Origin: Chlamydiota bacterium
Lineage (GTDB): Bacteria; Auribacterota; JACPWU01
Length of the DNA stretch: 32,000 bases
Assembly: GCA_016196885.1 (NCBI GenBank)
Contig: JACPWU010000035.1
Location: forward strand, 1,328-33,327
Direction: 5' to 3'
Made by a program: the position numbers and the translations under genes. Numbering within the stretch: position 1 is the first letter of the stretch; every line of letters begins with the position of its first letter. Positions 7,962-15,635 of this stretch are shown in pieces. The notes under the pieces are model-generated. The model did no database searches and had not been told where the DNA came from. It saw only the letters and a program-made list of their open reading frames with translations.

Positions 7962-9097
7962 AACGCCCTCTCCTTTATCAACGGAATCCAGAAGTGAACT
8001 TGTGTACCCTCTCCTAGAGTGCTGTGAAGCTCAATCTCTCCACCATGCCGGGCAATCATGCCTTTGGCAAAGGGGAGTCCCAGGCCAGCAAGTTTCTCGT
8101 TATCCTTTTCCACATTGATGATCGGAAAGAATAAATCCCTTCGGACCTCTTCAGAAATCCCATGTCCTTCATCTTTAATCGTGAAGCTTATTGCGGGCAT
8201 GTTATTTTTATCCATGGGTTTGGCCTGAACCTCTACTGTTCTCCCTTTGTCACTTGCCTCTATTGCATTCAGGACCAGCCTTCGTAAGGTTTCCTGTAGG
8301 GCCGTAGGACTTGCCAGCACTTTCGTCTTTCCTCCCTCTATTTCCTTCTTGAGAATAATTCCTTTTTCATGAACTGCCTTTTGAAGCTCTTCATCCTCAA
8401 AGTCCACCAATTCACTGAGTGCAATCTCTCTAAAGTCTTTGAGGCTATCCCAATAGATGGTCCTTAAGTTGTGGGTGATTTCTCGAATCCGTCTGACACA
8501 TTGAAGAGCCGTATTGCCAAACTCGATCTCGGATTCGTCTTTATTAAAGCGCCGAGCTGCCAGTTGTACAAATGTATATACACTCTGAATTGCATTGTTG
8601 ATGTGGTGAGCAACCCAGGTGGTATAATTTTCCATGGCATGGGAAGTTTTTTCCTGAATCAACCGTGTGACTTCTTCCAATTGGGTGTTTTTTGCCTTTT
8701 CTTCAATATATTTTTGCAGGCTTGCTCCTAAGACTGCTTCTATTTCTTCTCTTTGATAGGGCTTATGAATGTATTTGAAAATTTCTGCTTGATTAATGCT
8801 GGAGCCCAGGACTTCTATGTCTGAGTATCCAGTGAATAAGACTCGGATCACCTGAGGAAAAAACTGTTTGATTTGAGCGAGAAGTTCTATTCCCGTCATT
8901 GCGGACATGCGTTGGTCTGCGATAACAACTGCAATTTCGCTTCCCCGAGGGGTTCGTAAGATTTCCAGAGCTTCTTTGCCTGTCTGTGAAACCAGAATAT
9001 TGAAGGAATCTCCAAACTGGAGTTTAAAAGTTTTTAGAACTTTTTGCTCATCATCAACAACAAGAATTGAATAATTCTTCTGAGAAACTGCTGTCAT
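7958..9097 (-). CDS. Response-regulator receiver / histidine kinase fusion (REC-DHp-HATPase_c)
   Basis: The REC domain shows ILVVDDEQ...AVVIADQRMSAMTG...VLFTGYSD. The H-box is VAHHINNAIQSV. The ATPase G-boxes are IKDEGHGIS and GLGLPFAKGMIARHGGEIELHSTLGEGTQVHFWIPL. A GAGGAG RBS is present (revcomp of 9104-9112). Confidence 0.85.
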   Translation of the reverse strand: MTAVSQKNYSILVVDDEQKVLKTFKLQFGDSFNILVSQTGKEALEILRTPRGSEIAVVIADQRMSAMTGIELLAQIKQFFPQVIRVLFTGYSDIEVLGSSINQAEIFKYIHKPYQREEIEAVLGASLQKYIEEKAKNTQLEEVTRLIQEKTSHAMENYTTWVAHHINNAIQSVYTFVQLAARRFNKDESEIEFGNTALQCVRRIREITHNLRTIYWDSLKDFREIALSELVDFEDEELQKAVHEKGIILKKEIEGGKTKVLASPTALQETLRRLVLNAIEASDKGRTVEVQAKPMDKNNMPAISFTIKDEGHGISEEVRRDLFFPIINVEKDNEKLAGLGLPFAKGMIARHGGEIELHSTLGEGTQVHFWIPLIKERAL

Positions 9098-9120
9098 ATC
9101 AACTCCTCTTGAAAATTCAT

Positions 9121-12078
9121 TTAAGAAGAGCGCTTACGATCCACAGGTAATTTTACAATAAACTCCGTTCCCTCACCCACCTTGCTTTTTACCTGAATTT
9201 CTCCGCCATGAGCTTGAATCGTGGCATGGCTTACACTTAAACCTAATCCCGTTCCCGATCCTACGGGTTTGGTCGTGAAAAAGAGATCGAAGATTTTATC
9301 CAAATCTTCCTTTGAGATACCGACTCCATCATCTCGAACCGAGGCAAAAATGAAGTTGCTTTCCTGCCAGGTTTTAATCCAGATATTTCCATTTCCTAAA
9401 ATTGCATCTGATGCATTCTTGATGAGATTGATAAACACCTCTTCCAATCGAATAGAATCTCCTTGGATAGGAATCACTGTACCATAAGTTTCGTGAAACT
9501 GTATTCGAGCCGCATTTCCAGCTTTTAAAATTCGAACACCCCTTTGCAAGATCTGATTTAAATCTACCGTCTCTATGTTCATCTGTGTAGCTCCATGATG
9601 GGAAGCCACCAGAAGATCCTGTACAATCACTCTCACTGCATCCAATTCTTCTTCCATGATTTCAAGAACCTCTTTGACGTCTGGCACGATCTCTTCAAAA
9701 GATGCATTTCCAGTTTTGACTCTTTCTATTCTATTTCTTAAGATGTCAACTCCTTGAATGGGCGAGTGGATTTTATTATTAAAGTGATGAGCAATACCTG
9801 CCACCATCACACCAATAGAAGCCAATTTCCCTGATTGAAAAAATTGTATCTCCAATTTCCTTCTTTCAATCAACCCTTTTACTCGTGTCAAAATCTCTCG
9901 ATTATTGAATGGCTTAGAGAGATACTCATCTGCCCCTTCTTCATAGCCTTTTATTTTGGATTCTATATCTGCTTTGGAGGTGAGCAGGATCACTGGGGTG
10001 AGTTTGAGTTCTTCGTCTGTTTTAATCGCATGCGCCAGTTCGTACCCATTCATTTTGGGCATCATGATGTCAGATATGATAAGCGCCGGTCTTTGGGCTT
10101 TTACCTTTTGCAAGCCCTCTTCTCCATCCTTGGCAAAGTCAAGATTGTAGTAGTCTTTTAAGACGTAGCCCAATATCTGGATGATTTGCGAATTGTCTTC
10201 GACAATGAGGATTTTGTCGCGGCCAAAGACTTCGCCTCGCAAGTGGCTGAGGTCCACTTCGTCAAAGTTTTTGAGGCCAAGATTTATTTTGATGTTTTCA
10301 TCTTCGGTGAGATTCGTTGTGTCGAGTTTTGTTTTGTCTATGTGACGGTCTCCTAAGGGGAGTTCTACCGTGAAGATGCTCCCTTTGCCTACTTCGCTTT
10401 GGACACTCACTTTCCCAGAAAGTTTTTCCACAAATTCTTTTACGGTTGCAAGTCCAAGCCCTGTCCCTTGTACTTCTCTTAAGGGGTTGTTGCTCGCTTG
10501 TGTGAAGGGGTCGAAGAGGGTGGCCAGATCCTCTTTGGGGATCCCTCGACCTGTGTCTCGTACTTGAATTTCGCACGTGCCTGCGTTTCCCCTCCCTTGA
10601 TGGGAGGGGTTAGGGGAGGGTGACGCTCCCACCACAACCTCCACTTCACCATCTTTCGTAAATTTCAACGCATTTCCAATGAGATTGTTTAACACTTTTT
10701 TCAATTTGGCTCGGTCGGTGTAAATATTTATTGGCTTTTCAAGCTTGTTCGTAAATTTAAGCCTGTTATGAGAAGATTTTGCAGCGCTTTCAAAGGCTTT
10801 GACTGTCCGATCCACAAAGCTCGCGATCTCAAGCTCGCTCCATGTGATTTCAAGAAGCCCCTTTTGAGACTTTGTGAGCATTAAAAGGTCATTCACATTC
10901 TCTAGCATGTCATCCAGAAAGGCACGGCTATCACCCAGAAGTTTTTCTTGCTGGACACTGTCTTTTAGGCCCCCTTCCATTATCATTTGAATGGTACTCG
11001 ATAAGGCGACTAATGGGGTTCTAAATTCATGCGTGATGTTAGAGAAGAAGCGGGATTTGGCTTGGTCTAGATCTTTCAATTTCTCATTTGCCGTTTGAAG
11101 TTCTCGGGTTCTTTCTTGTACAAGTTCTTCCAAATGGTCTCGATGTTTCTGAAGTTCGGCATGCGTTTTTTCTAGTTCCTCATTGGCCGCTTGTAGTTCG
11201 TCGTATTTTTTGGTGATGGCTGTCACCGATTTTTCAAGGGCTTCGTTCTGCTCTTCTGTCATGAGCGTGTTTTCCTTGATGATTTTCCGATAGTCCAAAA
11301 GACGGCCCACCGTATAAGCCACAAGCATGAGGAGAAGTCCTGTTATCCCGTTAAGTGTGCTCTTGGGTAAGATGATGAGACTAACCATGACAAGTGGAAG
11401 CGATATCGCCAGTCCCATCACCCCCAAGATTCTCCTCGGCCGATTGAGCCAGGTGTAGATATCCACGCAATAAGGGGCTCCCTGTGCTTGGCATTGTAGC
11501 TCCTGGACTTTCGCCATGGGCATGTCGAATAGGTTTGGGATGGAGGCCATTTGGCCGTGGCGATTTTCGCAAGCATATCGGTCGGTCTCGATTCCTTCTT
11601 TCCATGTTATTTTGATGACGGCTTCGTTTCTCTTTAATTCAAGAAGTTCCCACAAGGCCGCTTTGTTGAAGTTGGGGACCATTTCGACCACTTTCTTGAT
11701 GGTAAATTTGACGGTGCCAAAGAACCGAAAGATGGTGTAGGTGCTTCCCCACGCTTCTTTCGTTGCGGCAATGGTCCCTGCTTCAAAGGGGGCTTTGGGG
11801 TCTTGGGTTGTGTCCGCGACGGCTTTGAGTAAGTGACGGTAATAGCTCCACGAGACCCAGTTGTTTTCATCTTGGAGATAATTGAGGTCCTGTCCTGTGT
11901 CTTGAATAAGTTGCGCTAACAACTTTTCCCCATATCTTTTTTTAACGTACAAAAGGGTGCTTTTTAAGACTTTGCAGTTGAGTTCTGCTCTTTCAAGTTT
12001 TTTTGTTTCTTTTCTGATTGTTTCCATTTTAGGGTCTTGTTTAGTTTTTCCGCTCCTTTTCAGCGATGATTTCTGCAC
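9121..12078 (-). CDS. Hybrid sensor histidine kinase with two kinase cores: cytoplasmic N-terminal sensory domain, 2 TM, coiled coil, HisKA-HATPase, REC, second DHp-HATPase
   Basis: Domain markers in order:
- The N-domain ends in ...ELQCQAQGAPYCVDIYTW (a V4R-like C..G..C pattern).
- The TM hairpin is ILGVMGLAISLPLVMVSLIILP/ITGLLLMLVAYTVGRLL.
- The first H-box is FFSNITHEFRTPL.
- The G-boxes are VRDTGRGIP and GTGLGLATVKEFVEKLSG.
- REC shows ILIVEDN...ALIISDIMMPKMNG...LLTSKAD.
- The second H-box is GIAHHFNNKIHSPI, followed by VRDDGVGIS and GTGLGLSVSHATIQAHGGEIQV.

The start is uncertain: either GTG at 12078, which overlaps the upstream gene, or ATG at 12027 (METIRKE). Confidence 0.85.
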   Translation of the reverse strand: MQKSSLKRSGKTKQDPKMETIRKETKKLERAELNCKVLKSTLLYVKKRYGEKLLAQLIQDTGQDLNYLQDENNWVSWSYYRHLLKAVADTTQDPKAPFEAGTIAATKEAWGSTYTIFRFFGTVKFTIKKVVEMVPNFNKAALWELLELKRNEAVIKITWKEGIETDRYACENRHGQMASIPNLFDMPMAKVQELQCQAQGAPYCVDIYTWLNRPRRILGVMGLAISLPLVMVSLIILPKSTLNGITGLLLMLVAYTVGRLLDYRKIIKENTLMTEEQNEALEKSVTAITKKYDELQAANEELEKTHAELQKHRDHLEELVQERTRELQTANEKLKDLDQAKSRFFSNITHEFRTPLVALSSTIQMIMEGGLKDSVQQEKLLGDSRAFLDDMLENVNDLLMLTKSQKGLLEITWSELEIASFVDRTVKAFESAAKSSHNRLKFTNKLEKPINIYTDRAKLKKVLNNLIGNALKFTKDGEVEVVVGASPSPNPSHQGRGNAGTCEIQVRDTGRGIPKEDLATLFDPFTQASNNPLREVQGTGLGLATVKEFVEKLSGKVSVQSEVGKGSIFTVELPLGDRHIDKTKLDTTNLTEDENIKINLGLKNFDEVDLSHLRGEVFGRDKILIVEDNSQIIQILGYVLKDYYNLDFAKDGEEGLQKVKAQRPALIISDIMMPKMNGYELAHAIKTDEELKLTPVILLTSKADIESKIKGYEEGADEYLSKPFNNREILTRVKGLIERRKLEIQFFQSGKLASIGVMVAGIAHHFNNKIHSPIQGVDILRNRIERVKTGNASFEEIVPDVKEVLEIMEEELDAVRVIVQDLLVASHHGATQMNIETVDLNQILQRGVRILKAGNAARIQFHETYGTVIPIQGDSIRLEEVFINLIKNASDAILGNGNIWIKTWQESNFIFASVRDDGVGISKEDLDKIFDLFFTTKPVGSGTGLGLSVSHATIQAHGGEIQVKSKVGEGTEFIVKLPVDRKRSS

Positions 12079-13456
12079 AATTTTTTAGAAGGCTCTCATC
12101 AATGTATCCGACTGAGTTTCTGAAATAGGCAAGTCTAAAGTCTAGACTTCTGGCCGCCTGATAGATTTCTTCTGCTTGATGCGCTTGAACCTTTCCGATG
12201 CTGCAGGTGTTGGACCGACCTATGGCGGTTAAGACCATGGTCTCAGCCAGGCACCCTAAAGCTTCGTTTCGATTCAGATCAAAGTCAAAGTGACAGTCCA
12301 CACCCGGCGTTTCTACAATCGCGGATTCGATCACAATGATATCGTTTCTTTTCTTTGGAACTTCGTCAGAGACATTCTTGGGCTGGGCACAGTCTATGAC
12401 GATTGCCCCTGGCTTAAAATGTTCAGCGTGCACAATAGCCCCAGGAGCGTTGGTGACGACGATTACAATGTCTGAGCCCGCTATTCCAGAAAGGTTTCCT
12501 GAAGTTTCAATTTCGCAAGGAGCATCTTGGATAGAATCGATCAGCTCTTTCAATGCCTTTTGATTGATGTCTATTAGTTTGAGTTTTTTGACTTTTCTCG
12601 CCAGGACTTGGACACAGCCTGTTCCTACTGAGCCCGCAGCCCCAATGACAGCAAGGGTCGAGTTTTCCAGTTTTAATCCAATCAAGGCAGCTGCCTTGAC
12701 CACATTTTGTACGGCTACGGCGGCCGATAAGGGATTGCCCGTCGTTACCCCAATCTGAACTTTATCAACCACATCTTTTCCATCATGGGTGACAATAGAG
12801 GTAAAGGCCCCCAGCCCTACAGTTCTGACCCCTATTCTTTGCGCAAGTTTTACCGTTTCTAAGACACGGTGACTGGCCATTTTTCTGTCTTTGAGCATTT
12901 GAATCGTCCACAGAGGTGAGCCGATGAACCAGCCGTTTACGGCTTTTCCCGTTTTGTCTTTTAAGCCTGTGATCTTCGACGCGATAAACGGTTTTTGATG
13001 ATAAAACCATTTTTGTACCCATGTCTCTTTCATCCATTTGGCAAAGGGAAACATTCGATATACGTCCCGATGATCTCTCGGATGCCCAATAAAAGCAAAG
13101 GCGCCTTTACCAACCAAAAACCGTCCGATTTTTTCTGGAAGAAGAGGGATGAGACTGTCGCGAAGTGCAGTTAGAATGCTTAGCATGCCTTGATGAAGTC
13201 TGGATCTTTCAGGTTGGAAAGAGGGGCCTCTTGATCTGCGCGCTTCACGACGACGATCCGCTTTTTTCCTTCTGTCATGTTGAGTAGATGAGCTCCATAC
13301 ACGGCGATTTTTTTCTCTTCGATCTTGTTTTGATGCTCTGCGATAGATCGGGAATTCGTCCGGTATAGTTACCGACTGGATTGGTGCTTGATCAAGAAGA
13401 GAGCAAGCGCTTGTTGATGTTTTAGGTAAGTTATTTATGACAAAAGAAAGTTCCAC
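12041..13456 (-). CDS. Acyl-ACP reductase (AAR)-like NAD(P)-binding Rossmann protein with Arg-rich N-terminal extension
   Basis: The core FIGHPRD...LGAFTSIVT...TTGNPLSAAVAVQ...LAVIGAAGSVGTGC...IVVTN...VIDCAQPKN...GCLAETMVLTAIG is collinear, from memory, with cyanobacterial acyl-ACP reductase (LIGH...LGGFTSI...TTGN...VVGATGDIG...DGGYPKN...CFAEAMLLEFEG). The annotated start is a GTG at 13456. An alternative ATG at 13186 (MLSILTAL...) would remove the basic extension. Confidence 0.6.
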   Translation of the reverse strand: MELSFVINNLPKTSTSACSLLDQAPIQSVTIPDEFPIYRRASKQDRREKNRRVWSSSTQHDRRKKADRRREARRSRGPSFQPERSRLHQGMLSILTALRDSLIPLLPEKIGRFLVGKGAFAFIGHPRDHRDVYRMFPFAKWMKETWVQKWFYHQKPFIASKITGLKDKTGKAVNGWFIGSPLWTIQMLKDRKMASHRVLETVKLAQRIGVRTVGLGAFTSIVTHDGKDVVDKVQIGVTTGNPLSAAVAVQNVVKAAALIGLKLENSTLAVIGAAGSVGTGCVQVLARKVKKLKLIDINQKALKELIDSIQDAPCEIETSGNLSGIAGSDIVIVVTNAPGAIVHAEHFKPGAIVIDCAQPKNVSDEVPKKRNDIIVIESAIVETPGVDCHFDFDLNRNEALGCLAETMVLTAIGRSNTCSIGKVQAHQAEEIYQAARSLDFRLAYFRNSVGYIDESLLKNCAEIIAEKERKN

Positions 13457-13546
13457 GGCTGAAGCCCCCCCGGTGCCCCCTCAGTCCGTTTACGCCAAAT
13501 ATATCAACGCTCGTTTACCAGGACCATTATATGATAAAATAGGATT

Positions 13547-13753
13547 ATGAGAAACCTGAAAAAATTAAAGTCTGATACAATGGAAGACACGCTTGCCCTT
13601 TCTCCCCAAGAAAGGGTTCGGCTGGCAGAATCCCTTTATCAGGAAATAGTACACATTCAAAAGAAACGCTTTAAACCCTTCGTTAAATCCTTCTCGAGTT
13701 TTGAAGAATATGAAAAATGGAAGGCCCGACAAAAGGATCCTTGGCTATGGTGA
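13547..13753 (+). CDS. Small helical protein, putative antitoxin-like partner ('addiction module component'-like LSPxER.xLAExL motif)
   Basis: 68-aa ORF. LALSPQERVRLAESLYQEI resembles the N-terminal motif of CHP02574/Unstab_antitox-type antitoxins. Its stop overlaps the downstream start (ATGGTGA at 13747-13753). Confidence 0.4.
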   Translation: MRNLKKLKSDTMEDTLALSPQERVRLAESLYQEIVHIQKKRFKPFVKSFSSFEEYEKWKARQKDPWLW

Positions 13754-14208
13754 AGTCTAGTTTGGCACGGGTATGTGCCCTTTTAAATCGTTATCGAGTT
13801 CGATACTTGGTGATCGGAGCCCAGGCAGGGATTCTCTATGGCCTTGTGAGAAGCACGCATGATATTGATATTTTCCTTTTGAAGACAGCCGCCAATATTC
13901 AGAAAGCCCTCACAGCCCTTTCCTATTTGCCTCTGCAAATTGCAAAGGAATTAGACGCCGACGAAGTCTTAAAAAAACCGATTACCATTGTCGGAGACCA
14001 GCCTCGTGTGGACCTTTTAACCGCCCTCAGACAAGTTCAGTTTCACGATGCATGGAAGAAGAAAAAAGTGGTGAAGATTGACGGCATCCAAATCCCTCAC
14101 TTGTCTTTAGAGGATCTCATCATTAGCAAAGACACAGACCGCCTTCAAGACCAGGCGGACTATGAAAAATTGATACGACTTAGAGAATCCTTTAAAAATG
14201 TGATATAA
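13747..14208 (+). CDS. Minimal nucleotidyltransferase-fold protein (MNT/DUF6036-like), copy 1
   Basis: The ORF track starts at 13717. The ATG at 13747 overlaps the upstream stop. YLVIGAQAGILYGLVRSTHDIDIFL fits the NTase hG[GS]...D.D motif. The C-terminal IPHLSLEDLIISKDTDRLQDQADYEKL is typical of this small NTase family. It is a paralog of 29252-29722. Confidence 0.55.
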   Translation: MVKSSLARVCALLNRYRVRYLVIGAQAGILYGLVRSTHDIDIFLLKTAANIQKALTALSYLPLQIAKELDADEVLKKPITIVGDQPRVDLLTALRQVQFHDAWKKKKVVKIDGIQIPHLSLEDLIISKDTDRLQDQADYEKLIRLRESFKNVI

Positions 14209-14239
14209 TATCTCTTGTAAGACAAAAGGATCTGCCTCT

Positions 14240-15616
14240 ATGAGAATGACAAAAATGATCGGCAGTTTCGTTTGTTTCACCTTTCTTCTATCCTCCTTGT
14301 CTCTTCTGGCAGAGTATGTTCCTGTAAATTCTTTCAATGATCCTCAAGGGCGCTTCAGCTTACAGTTGGGCCCCCATTGGCTGATGCTTCCCATGCAGGC
14401 CCAAGGCGAGCTTGGCCATTACGCCTATGCCCAAAATGGGATTGTGGCGGCAGAGCTCAGCATTGCCTCTGAGACTTTGCCCATGATGCTCACGGCCGCT
14501 CAATACGCACAAGCAGTCGAAGAAAATACGCTGAAAAGTCTCCCTCAATATCAAAAAATTCAGGCCGGTCCTTTTAATTTGTCTGGGCTTGAGGGTTATT
14601 ATTATCAATTCAGCATGCTGAAGGACACCCAGATGGGGTCCCAGCCCATGATCGCCGAACAATATTTTTGGACGACAGGAACGACAGGATTCATGATTAC
14701 ATTCATGGTGCTCACCCCACAGGCCCATGCGCTTAAGCCCGCGCTCGATCAGGTGATTCAAAGCCTGCAATGGGGAGGCGCCACACAAATGCCCATGCAA
14801 AATCCTCAGAATCCTCAAACGATGGACCTGAATGCGCTCTATCAACAATACCAGCAGCAACAGCAGCAAATGATGCAGCAATACATGCAGATGTATGCAC
14901 AACAGAATCCAAACATGACAAACAATCCTTATGGGCAAAACACGATGCCGTCAGGAGACCTGAGCGCGCTTGTTCAACAACAAATGCAATTGGCCCAGTT
15001 GAAACCGCCCAGTGTGCCTATGAATCCTCAAAACCAAATGCTCATGAATCCGCAAAATATTCAGAGCTACCCTACCGTCAATTCGGGCAATGTACAAGCT
15101 CCTGTGACGGCTAACAACCCTTTTCTTTCTCCCTCTCAAAACGCACCCTCGACCCCAAATGTCTATGCACCCCTTCAAACTCCGGCCCCTCCAAATCAGG
15201 GAAATGAGATTTCACTTCAAAGCTACGAGGACCCTCAAGGCCGATTCTCGATTTTGATTCCTCAAGGTTTTACACCCTTCCCCTCCCCCGCAGTCACATT
15301 TCAAGGACCCCAAGGGGAAGTGCTTAACATTGCAGAAGTTCCAGGCATGACGGATGAATTGATAAACACCGTGCTCGCAGGAAAGGAAATTCAAGCGAAG
15401 GAAGAAATTCAAGTCCGCTCAGGCACTCAAAATGTTGCCGCCACAAAAGTTCTTTTCATGGCAAAAAATCCTCAAACGGGACAATCCTTTGTCACCGCCG
15501 CTCTTTTCATTAAAGAGAAAAATATTTTCCTCAGCTTCACAGTTCCTCAAAATTTATCAGAGCAAGAAAGGAATATGATGCAAAAGGTCCTAGCCAGTTT
15601 TGAAATGAAGGGGTAA
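14240..15616 (+). CDS. Secreted protein P4: two PsbP/DUF1795-like modules joined by a ~140-aa Q/N/M/P-rich linker
   Basis: An AAAGGA RBS lies 9 nt upstream. The signal peptide is ...FTFLLSSLSLLA|EY. The N-module is FNDPQGRFSLQLGPHWLML... and the C-module is YEDPQGRFSILIPQGFTPF... The linker includes YQQYQQQQQQMMQQYMQMYAQQNPNMTNNPYGQN. Confidence 0.75.
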   Translation: MRMTKMIGSFVCFTFLLSSLSLLAEYVPVNSFNDPQGRFSLQLGPHWLMLPMQAQGELGHYAYAQNGIVAAELSIASETLPMMLTAAQYAQAVEENTLKSLPQYQKIQAGPFNLSGLEGYYYQFSMLKDTQMGSQPMIAEQYFWTTGTTGFMITFMVLTPQAHALKPALDQVIQSLQWGGATQMPMQNPQNPQTMDLNALYQQYQQQQQQMMQQYMQMYAQQNPNMTNNPYGQNTMPSGDLSALVQQQMQLAQLKPPSVPMNPQNQMLMNPQNIQSYPTVNSGNVQAPVTANNPFLSPSQNAPSTPNVYAPLQTPAPPNQGNEISLQSYEDPQGRFSILIPQGFTPFPSPAVTFQGPQGEVLNIAEVPGMTDELINTVLAGKEIQAKEEIQVRSGTQNVAATKVLFMAKNPQTGQSFVTAALFIKEKNIFLSFTVPQNLSEQERNMMQKVLASFEMKG

Positions 15617-15635
15617 TGATGCATCCAAAAAAATT

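Noticed and set aside
11490-12027. Calling the kinase N-terminal domain an H-NOX (heme-NO) sensor
   Set aside because: I could not find the Y-x-S-x-R heme-propionate motif or a convincingly placed proximal His. Only a generic resemblance and a V4R-like C..G..C ending are present, so the call stays as an unspecified ligand-binding-type domain.
13526-13531. Perfect TATAAT on the minus strand upstream of the AAR-like gene as the operon promoter
   Set aside because: No acceptable -35 element lies at 16-18 nt spacing (best candidates TTTCTC/GTTTCT). It is noted only as a possibility.
14360-14938. 192-aa minus-strand ORF with a poly-Leu/His tract, and the 14770-15114 plus-frame ORF
   Set aside because: They are produced by reading the CAG/CAA-rich Q/N linker of P4 in other frames or on the other strand (CTG = Leu). 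They are not independent genes.
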